Source: Octopus sinensis (taxonomy: Eukaryota). From it: a stretch of DNA of 64,000 bases. The notes under the pieces are model-generated. The model had not been told where the DNA came from. It saw only the letters and a list, made by a program, of their open reading frames with translations, and searched no databases. A program made the position numbers and the translations under genes. Every line of letters begins with the position of its first letter. The first letter of the stretch is position 1. This document shows, in pieces, positions 30,629 to 42,100 of the stretch. Location of the stretch: contig NC_043007.1 in the NCBI RefSeq assembly GCF_006345805.1, positions 71,300,001 through 71,364,000 of the forward strand, in the 5' to 3' direction.

Positions 30629-31161
30629 ATATATGTATATATATATGACGGGTTTCTTTCAGTTTCCGTCTACTAAATCAACTCACAAGGCTTTGGTCGG
30701 CCTGATGCTATAGTAGAAGACATTTGCCCAAGGTGCTACACAGTGGGACTGAACCTGGAACCATGTGGTTCATAAGCAAGCTACTTACCACACAGCCACT
30801 CCTACAACTACTCTTGTTACTTTACATTTGATTTCTCTTTTGCCTAGTTCTTCTCTCATCTCATCTATGTCTCATTGTTTATACACACTAAAATTATACA
30901 TCCAGGAGAACATGCTCTCTACAATCCTCTCCAACCTTCAACATCCTCTGCATTCAGTGTGCTCATCTCACAACAATGCAGCATCCCAGTTTGTACACAT
31001 GCATCATAAAACTTACCCTTTGCTCAGAGAGAGAGAGAACTCCCCACCCCACCCCATCTACGGAGGTAATAGCTCTTTGAAGTTTACCTACTCTAATGTA
31101 ATTCTAGCAGCTGTGCTTTCAATATACAACTGTCAGAGGTAAAGTCTAGATAGATAGATAA

Positions 31162-31242
<81 letters not shown>

Positions 31243-34200
31243 AGGAAGAGGAGGGAGAGGGGAGAAAGAGAAGGGGAGAGAGAGGCAGAAAGAACAATTT
31301 AAAGTTAAGCTAGAGTAGAACAAGCCGAAAGATGAATTTTTTCAGCATGTAAATACTGAGCAGTATATATAAAGGATAAAATCTTTTTAAGAGCAGAAAA
31401 AATTTGCTGACAAATTTTTTGCTCTTAAAAGGATTTTATCCTTTATATATACGGCTCAGTATTTACATGCTGAAAAAAATCTATCTTTCTACTTGTTCTG
31501 CAATATATTTCAATGCTTCAAAAATAAACTTGTGTTTGTATACATATGACTTAAACTAGAGTATTTTTAAAAGCCTTTGGTGTTAAAATTGGAACAGTTA
31601 TAAATACATGTTACTATCTTCTTCACACACAGAAGTCTCCCTTCATACATTAGCATATGAAGTGAACTTATAGCAGTCACTATTTATATAAAATACAAAT
31701 CAGAACTTAATCATACTTACTAAGCCCACTTGCATACTGTACAATTGTAAGCCACTTGATAAAACAATATATATGTTTATGTACAACTACATCAAGGATT
31801 AGGGAACCTAGAATATGTTTAAAATGGTTCAACAAGAGTTTTGCCAACATTTCCTTTAGAACTTTAAGCAGATACGAATACATCTTATCATTCTCTTCAT
31901 GCACAAGCCAAATAACAATGCAGTAGTATTAAAATATTCCTTCATGGGCATCTTTATAACTTTTATTTTGAAGCCTGTCTGTCATAGTCGCTAGCAGAGA
32001 GTTTATCATACGACAGTCATTGAATGTCCATCATAGAAACTTGCCCTATCTAACACAGTTCCAACTTTAACCCTTTCGTTACCAACCCGGCTCTGGCTCT
32101 GAGTACAAATGTCTTGTTTTCATAAGTTTTGAATTAAAATCTTTCACCAAACCTTAGTCACAATTTATATTCCTAACACTAGCTAAATGATAACTAAGTT
32201 ATTTTATGAAATTTTTTGCTATATTTAAAGTAATTGAAAGAAACACAGCATCTCAAAATAAATACAGTAATGAAAGGGTTAATGACATGGCCTTGACACT
32301 GTTGACTTTCGCCTGTTTAAAGACTTCAGAGTTGGTAACAAGCTTACCCTAGCAGTTCTTGTTGATGGTGGAAATACCCAAGGAGTCATAAATGATGATA
32401 GAAGGTGACAAATGACTCGAGAGCTGTAAAAGAACCAGTCAGTTCTACACCTTTGTGTCTTTTTTTTTCCAGATCTTTATACACTTCCTGAGATGTTTCA
32501 GTTCCAGATTCTTTTGGACCAAATGTTTACCAAATGATCTGGTTTCTTCTACTAGTCTGTTATTAACCCCATACTTTATTTTAGTCTCTGATGTGGTGGT
32601 GCACTATGCACCAGGTAGCTGAATTAGTGGACTGACTTGATCTTGTCTCACCTGTGTTAATGCAGGGAAAGGTGGTAATCTTTCAGATGGAATCCTGGTG
32701 GAAAATTTCTTTCCTCTTCAAGCTGATATCGATCCTGAAGAGACCATCCAATACAGTCAGCAACATTTTATTGGTCACATATGCAATTCAATATTTTCTG
32801 TTTTGTCTTGTGATGCTGAAAGGAACATTAATGTCTCCAGTTGTTGAAGTGGTGACATAAAATTGATCCAGTAAAAAGACAGAATCCACTTGGGTCAATC
32901 CAACAATTTATCAATGAATTTGACCTTGAAATTTATTGATGACATGGCACTTCTTTACATAGCTGTCCTCTCCCTCTCTCTCTCTCATATATATATATGC
33001 ATGTGTGAATATATATATAGATGTGTATGCAACTGGAAGGCATCCAGTCATACAAAAATCTGGCTCAATGAACTCTGTCTAACACATGTAAGCATGAAAA
33101 AGTGGACATATGGTTACTACACTGAGATCCCTAGCACTGGTTCATACCTATAAACATACATAAAACCACAATTAGTAGTAGTTCAATCATGTCCATCAAC
33201 CTTCTAGTGTTTCCTTTACTACTGCATTAATCCAGAGAAAATCTTTCAATTAGAAACATCAAGCATTAATGAATTTATTCAAGTTTTAGAGAGCAGTGGA
33301 AGGGAGATAATTTGTAAAAAACTTTTTTTTTTCATAAGAATATGGAAATTTTAAAAACTGAAATCAGATTTCAGCTTTATATCTGGAAATAACTTTAATT
33401 CCAACATCTCAGTAAGATAGCAAATAACAATATACTTACTTTTGTAAATGTTCGATTTGTTGCTTTTGTAAAAAGTATTGACTAATGGACATGCACACAC
33501 ACACACACACGTACACTAACAAAACCTGTGCAAATTCCATGGATTCCCTTCGTAGAAAGAGACACAGAGAAAGTGAGGGAGGATTGACTCCCACTCTTAC
33601 TTAGTTTCTTACTTCATAGAAGCCTCTTACTTTCACTCTGTTTGTCCCTTTGTATCTTTCTACATTCAACAATGTCAGTGCTAAGATGTATACACACATA
33701 CATACACAAGTTTACTAATTCCATTATGTTATATATATAATTAGATATTAGATAATATAACCAGTTGTTGAGTATCCCACCCATGAAGGATTAATGCTAG
33801 ATGGGTCAAAACAATTGTAGTGATTAATAAAAACTCTCATATCTTCTATCTTTCGTCTCACATGAACCAAATACACACACACACACACACACACCATTAA
33901 TCGTGAAACATTTTTCTTTTACTCTCTCTCCAGTTTTTCCCTCCATTCCTTTTCTGTCAAAGAGCATAGGCTCAAAACATCATTTTTCCCATCACCTGTC
34001 TCTGTCTTTTGTTTTCTCTACATTCAAACCATATATATATATAAAATATATAATTATATACGTGTGTGTGTGCACTTATTTTGAATTTTGCTTATTTACT
34101 AATACATATCTTTGTTTAATTTTGTTTATTTGTCTCTTCTTTTTCAGAGTGTACAAAGTTTAAGTCCTTTAGTTTGTAAAATACATTTTATGGATGGTAA

Positions 34201-35020
34201 AACTAAAGCAGTTCATGCAATGCCCTGTGATACAACTGCCGAAATTCTGGATAAGGTCGCCCACAAAATTGGTCTTCAATCTGTTGAGGGCTGGGCTCTT
34301 TATGAGGTGAGTTGATTGAAGAGAATTATTTTGGATTTCATTTCCTGGATCTATATTCTTGTTTCCTTTGTACTGGTTTCAATAGAAGAATGGTAAGGTA
34401 CTGCCACCAGTCGTTTTAGATAATTCTAGTGACGGCATTCTTTATTTCAGTCGGGGACTTATTTTCTTGAATCATAACTAACTAATCACTAAGTTGTTTT
34501 TTTTAACTCAACAATGGATTTACACCTCTAAACATGACAGCAGTTCTAACAGAATGCCACACACACACACACACACACACATGCACATACAGGTTTCTGT
34601 CAAATATATTAGAGAGGAATGCTCAGTAAATGCTCAGTGGAATGAAACTCAATTTGCAAAACAAACTTGCAATCGTCAGATTCAATAAAACAAAAATGTG
34701 TGAGTGTACATGTGTATTATTATCATTATTATTATTATTATTATTATTATTTAAAACAGTTTGATCTGGTTACATGCAACTTAAATTTTTGTTGGCTCCT
34801 CACAGGAACCTACAAAACTTTAAAATGTATGAAGCTGAATCAAATTGTTTGAAATGATACTATATTAACCTTCTACAAAATGTGTGGAGTACCTCTTTGT
34901 TTTGTTTACCCACTTTTTTGTTTTTGTTTTGTTTATCTTTTTGGTTTTTAGTCGCTATAGACACATATGTTATAATGTATTTAATATATCAATATATTAT
35001 TATAATATCTTATTGTATGT

Positions 35021-35070
<50 letters not shown>

Positions 35071-35389
35071 GTAATAATTAAGTCAAACTGAATAGTGATA
35101 TGTTCCAGGTTTGTGTAATATATAATAGGAAATGCATCCATTATGTTATGCATCCTCAGTTAAAGCATTTTAAAAATATAAAGAAATTGATGGAAATATT
35201 TCAATCACACACACCTATGTGTTTGATTTATCATCTAAGGGAGTAACAACATATCAATTTCTGATGACTGATCATATTTTAATGTGTCTATGAATAACTT
35301 TGCTTATCTTTTGACACAACACTGCTCTTGTACATCAATTGTTTGAACAAGTAGGAATTTGGAAATCACTTAGATTCAAGGTGCTTCAA

Positions 35390-35428
<39 letters not shown>

Positions 35429-35590
35429 TTGGCACTCTGTTGGTTCTAACAATGAGGGTTCCAGTTGATCTGATCAACAGAACAGCCTGCTCATGAAATT
35501 AATGTGCAAGTGGCTGAGCACTCCACAGACATGCATATCATAGAATGTGACAAGGCTGGCATCCAATACACGCTGCAGTCAGCAGTAGTA

Positions 35591-35638
<48 letters not shown>

Positions 35639-37780
35639 TATGATTAAACTATTTAATTGTTTAATTTATTGTTTTGGTTTCCATTTTTAATTTATATATA
35701 TGAGTGTGTGTGTGTACATGTATGTATGTATGTATGTATGTATGTATGTATCCTAACATAAGAATGTAGTGTTTATTACAATATGTATGTTTTTATTCTT
35801 TTACTTGTTTCAGTCATTTGGCTGTGGCTGGAGGACCACCTTACAAATAGTTCAGATCCTTTCCTGCCCTTGTCATAGCTATTGTATTCTTATTTCTTTA
35901 CTGCCCACAAGGGGCTACACACAGAGGAGACAAACAAGGACAGACAAAGGGATTCAGTCAATTACATCGACTCCAGTGTGTAACTGGTACTTAATTTATC
36001 GATCTCCGAAAGGATGAAAGGCAAAGTGGACCTCAGTGGAATTTGAACTCAGAACGTAATGGTAGATGAAATACCGCTAAGCATTTTGCCCGGCATGATA
36101 ACGTTTCTGCCAGCTCGCCGCCTTCTTTAATACTCTCTTTAATAACATGACCCAAAGTAAGGTGGCAAGCTGGCAGTATTGTTAGTAAGTGGAGCAAAAT
36201 GCTTAGCAACTTTTGTCTGTCTTTAAGTTCTGAGTTTAAATTTCACCAGGGTTGGCTTTACCTTTCATCCTTTCAAGGTCCTTAAAATAATTAGATCTGG
36301 GATCAATGTAATTGACTTATCCCCTCCCCTGAAATTGCTGGCCTTGTACAAAAATTTGAAATTAGTTTTATGACCCAAAGTTCACTAATCACATGAAAAA
36401 TTCTGTTTTGTGAAATTGATAATATTTTACCAACATAGGCGCAGGAGTGGCTGTGTGGTAAGTAGCTTGCTTACTAACTACATGATTCCAGGTTCAGTCT
36501 TACTGCATGGCACCTTGGGCAAGTGTTTTCTACTATAGCCTAGGGCTGACCAAAGCCTTGTGAATGGATTTGGTAGACAGAAAACTGAAAGAAGCCCGTT
36601 GTATATATGTATATGCGTGTATATGTGTATGTGTTTGTCCCCCATACATCGCTTGACAACTGATGCTGGTGTGTTTACGTCCCCATAACTTAGTGGTTCA
36701 GCAAAATAGACCAATAGAATAAGTACTAGGCTTACAAAGAATAAGTCCTGGAGTCGATTTGCTCGACTAAAGGCGGTGCTCCAGCATGGCTGCAGTCAAA
36801 TGACTGAAAGAGTAAAAGAGTATATCTCTTTTCATGTAGGATCATGTAATTAATATTTTCTGTTTGTTTGTGTTTTATTCTGAGTACTTTTATATGCATG
36901 CGAGTGTGGGTGTATACAAGTTTTTTTGTAAGTATGTATATATAAATATATATGTGCGTTTGTGTGTATACATACATGTGTGTGTGTTTGTATATTTGTG
37001 TGTGTGTATGCATATGTGTGTGTATTTCTGTGTATGTATGTATACGTGTATGTGTGTATGTATGTGTGCGTATGTATGTATGTACACAAAAGTGAAAGTT
37101 ATTTTTTATCTTGGTGATAATGTCATATCCAGATATATAGATTTGGTATTTTCATGTTTTTGTTTACTTTTATTTCATTTAGCTTTTTTTGTAACTCTGT
37201 TGTGTGTGTGTGTGTGTGTGTGTATGTGTGTGTGTGTGTGTGTGTGTGGAGAGAGAGAGAGGGAGAAGTGAGGAGGAAGATGAAGATTAAATAGAGAACA
37301 GAAACAAACAAATCAAAGAGATCATAAGAAAATCTCCACATAGCATGGTCTTCTTTGATAACAATGTGTGAATTGTTTTACAAGTGTTCTTTGCTGTTTA
37401 ATGATATTGTTATTCATGTCAGTTTTTTCCACCCCTCTTCTTTCTGTTTCATTCTCATTCACCTCTCCACACAGACACCCACGGAATTATGTCATTATAT
37501 TACAAGGATAATGATGATGTGCTATTACACACATACACAGACACACACACATATATATACAAAACGTCATAAAGAAGAATGGAGAATTATACAGCTTCAA
37601 AATGTGTTTATTGCAGTATTATTCTCATTAAATTCACATTAAATTCCAATCTAACACATGTTTCTGATGGATACATGTCCTAATGTCCTTTGATGTAGCA
37701 TTTATGTGCATTTAGTTGAATTATATCAGAGTGCTAATAAGGTAGCTGCCTGGATTCCAAATCCTTATTCCTCTACATGT

Positions 37781-37847
<67 letters not shown>

Positions 37848-37853
37848 GATGTG

Positions 37854-37885
<32 letters not shown>

Positions 37886-37965
37886 CACATATACATATAT
37901 AGATGTGAGTGTATATATATATTATATATATATATATATATATGTATACATATTATGTATGTATG

Positions 37966-37998
<33 letters not shown>

Positions 37999-39056
37999 GT
38001 ATACATATATGTATATTGTATATGTACGTTTATATGTATGTGTGTGTGTGTATATGTGTATACATACATATATATACATGCACACACACATACATATATG
38101 AGAGAGAAAGAGATAGAAAGACAGAGAGAGAGAGAGAGAAAGGGGGAGGAAGAGAGAGCAATGTTCACTTGATGTTAAATCATAAGAAAAACATTTCATG
38201 ATGACTTGCATCCAATTATTATGTATCTTATTGCCTAAGAAAAGTTTTGCCCCATTTATTCACATTTTCTGTCGGCATTCAAATATGTTTTCCTCCAAAT
38301 CTAATCTTTGGCACGTTATCTGTCATTCTAGTTGGGGGTAAATTTGATGCAATGTAGTTCAAACAATTTCAATTGGAGAAAGACCAAGCTCTCCATTAAA
38401 AACAGTCAACCTGAGAAACTGAATATTGATTTTTTATGGGGAGTTTTTTTTTTTTTTTGCATTTCTTTTTTTGCTTCAAATGTTTAAATAATCTTTTGTT
38501 TTTCTATGTATTTAGCAAAAGTGGTGGTAGGAAAGTGAATACTTCTGAGTATGTGTGTGTGTGTGTGTTTGCGTGCATGTACATGTGTGCACATACATGT
38601 GCATATGTACAAGAATGGTTGAGAGTATTATGCAGGAAACAGTAGCAATATGTATTAGTTTTTTAATTTTTTCATATATGGGTGTGTGTGTCTATGTATG
38701 TATAGGTGTGTGTATGTATGGTAGCAGCAGCTAAATAAATTATTATAGTTTATAGTATGTATTGAGTCAATTTTTTTCCATTTGTGAAATAGTAAACATA
38801 TATGTTCATATAGGGAGAGAATTCACAAAAAAAACAAAAGACGAAGACAGGTGGTGTAGACAACAAACAGATGTATTAGTATAATGCTCGGGAAGTGAAA
38901 AAGTCTTTAACATTTCGAGCCTATGCTCTTCCACAGAAAGAAACAAGGAGAGAAAATAAAGAATGTGTAGTGGCTAGCAATCTGTCATGACAAACACATA
39001 CACATGTTCATATATATGAACATGTGTATGTGCATGCATGCGTATAAAATGTGTAC

Positions 39057-39131
<75 letters not shown>

Positions 39132-42100
39132 ATATATATATATTGAAAGTGAGAGAAACAGTTGTATGTGTGTGAAATATATGCTTTATAAGAGGTTTTA
39201 TTATTATAAAGTGTTCTGCGAAGAGCCTTGGAACTTTATAGAAATCTGTTGTGGCTATGAAAGCGAGAAATGGAAGTTTGATGTATAGATAGAGAGGAGA
39301 TCAGATAAGGAGGTCAGTTATGTTTATGGAATATATATAACTTGTATAAACACATGTTAACAATTGCTTCAGGCTCTTTCTTTGATAAATTTTAATAATG
39401 AAACAGAGTAGAACATGTATTTGAAATTAATGTCAACTTAACTGTGTTTGTTTAGAAACAAATATTGGTTGAATCACTTTACACAAACTTTGAGTAAGAT
39501 GACTAGCTTTGATATCTTTCCAACAGAAATTACCTTCAGTATTTAGCTCTCTGTCTATTACACCCAGTATCTATATAACCTGTGCAAGTACTGTATGGCT
39601 AAAAAGATGGCATTGCAATCATAAGGTCCCAGTTTCTATCTCACTGCATGATATCTTGAATAAATATAATTTTCTATAACTGGAACTAAACTCATGCATT
39701 GTGAAAGAAATTTGGTTGATGGAAACTATATAGAAACCAGTTGGGTGGATTGTCCAAAACTGACATACCATTAAGGAAAAAGATTGTCTGATTGTCTGGA
39801 GACAAGTGTGTTGCTGTTGAAATATGTTTCTGCCTCTATAAGCATCATCAGCACAGCACCTGTTCTAAATGAAAATGAGTTTGGAGAAATAATCAGTAGC
39901 CAGATATATGTAGATACATACATTTAACTTATACATATGTATGTATGAATGAATGGATGAATACATACATGTGTGTGTGTGTGTATAAAGAGAGAGAGGG
40001 AAAAAATAAAACTGGAAAGTTGGTTCATAAATTATTTAGTTACATTATCATAAACATGTTTCAATGAAGATAAAAGATGAATTATACAATCTGGGTGAGA
40101 TAAGCTTCCTAGGTCTTTGCTTGTTCAGAGATTCATATGAAAAGATGTGTGATGTTAATCAGCACCGTCTATGGTTAGTGATCCTGAGAATAAAAGTGGA
40201 ATTGTAACATATCCTCCTTAAATATTCAACCTAAATGTAAAGGTATAGAAAAAGCTAGACAAAGTAATGCTAACCATATAAAGAATAAAGGTTAGAGTGA
40301 TATAATCTTTACTCATACAAACCCAAGCTTTTGGAATAGTAACACAGATCCTTTCTCAGTCACAGGTTTTCTTGCTTCCTATAACAACAATAACAAAAAC
40401 AGGGGCAAAAATAATACTAAGGATGCTAACATTAGAAAAAACATAATAGTATAAAAAGTATAAACAATTTGAATAACAGCAGGAGTAAATAAAGGTTTAC
40501 TAAGCTTTCTTAGACTTCTTGTGATTAACTCATGTAATTGTAGACTAGCCTCTTAATGTCCTCTTGAAGATAATTACCTTATAAGTAATGCAATCTACAA
40601 ATGCAATGTTATTACACAGGCTGACAATAGATCATATCAGTTCTACTTGGAACCCCTTTAACAGTTGCTATAACATGCTCAAACATATATTTACTGACAA
40701 AAACTTAAGCAATATGATATCACTAGCAGAGTAAATATGGAATTTAAAATCAAGAAATAGTGATTTCAAATTGCATTGGAGTATTATTGCTCAAGCTCCA
40801 GCATATAAAAGTAATGAAAGCCCCTTGAGATACTTCCAACAGATCATAGCTTAATATATCAAAGGAATAAAAGTATGCTCTCTTGCAGCTATAAAAGTTT
40901 CAAAACTTTTAAATTCTATATAAGAAATCTGGTACTTAAAACTAATGGCAATATACGATTAACAAATTACATAACATTTTGTTTCCAAAGTAGAAGATAA
41001 TAGTGAATTTTAACATCCATCAAAAATAATGTAATGCTTTTCAATGGAAATTATTATTCTCTAATTACGGCTTATGTTAGTTTATTTTCTCCCTTTTTGT
41101 TTTACAAAGTGTATACACATATAAATACATACATGTGTACATGTGTGGCTGTAGGAACCAAGATATGTGTCTATATATACACATATACACATGCATGTGT
41201 ATGTATGCATTATATATTTGTATATGCATACATATGCATATGTGCATGAATGTATGTTTACATATGTGTGTATAATTGTCTTCAGGGCGATCTTTCGGTA
41301 CAAGTACCATAACTGCCAATTATAAACCCACGTGGGTTTGTTTGCGTTTCTGAAGAAAAAAGAAACTCTTTTCCCCCATCCTTAACCCTAACCCCACATA
41401 TATAAAAAAAAAACTTTACGGAAAGTGATGATCTTCTTCTTCAAATGTAAACAAACAGGCTTGGCAGTTATGGTACTTGTACCGAATGATCGCCGTCTTC
41501 AGTTCTTCTGATTTACATAAAATAGATACATATTTAAATGAATCTTTCATTTTGAATCCTTTTTCCTATTCTCTCAGGTTACAGCTGAACATGAACGGTT
41601 CATACGAGGCTACGAGTATGTTGCTGATATCCTGGCCCAATGGGAACAGTGAGTTCTTGTTTTGTTTTAAACTTCCAAATTTGGTTCATTTGCATGATGT
41701 TTGGAGGAAAATTCTGGTTAACTTCTTTAGGTACAGATACCTGCAAATATTTTCCTTTCTCTAACTGAAGCAGCTATGTTTCTCTTCTAATGCTAGACAC
41801 CTTTTCTAGCCATCGATACTACTTCCTATCAGTTGAGGGGTCTTGTGCTACAAGTTAGTTAGTGATCTCACTGCTGCCGGTTCCAAAAAGGCACCCAGTA
41901 CACTCTGTAAAGTGGTTGTGTTAGGAAGGGTGTCCAGCCATAGAAACCAGCCAAAACAAACAGCAAAGCTTGGTGCAGTGTTTGTACTCGCCTTTTCTTG
42001 TCAAACCATCCTATTTGTGCCAGCATGGAAAATGGATGTTAAATGATGGTAGTGGACATAATAATCATTGAATATTGGGCTCTATTGCTGTTCTCAAACT

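Noticed and set aside
36438-36510. tRNA-like heads as tRNA genes
   Set aside because: They have no complete cloverleaf or terminator and continue into SINE bodies present in many copies.
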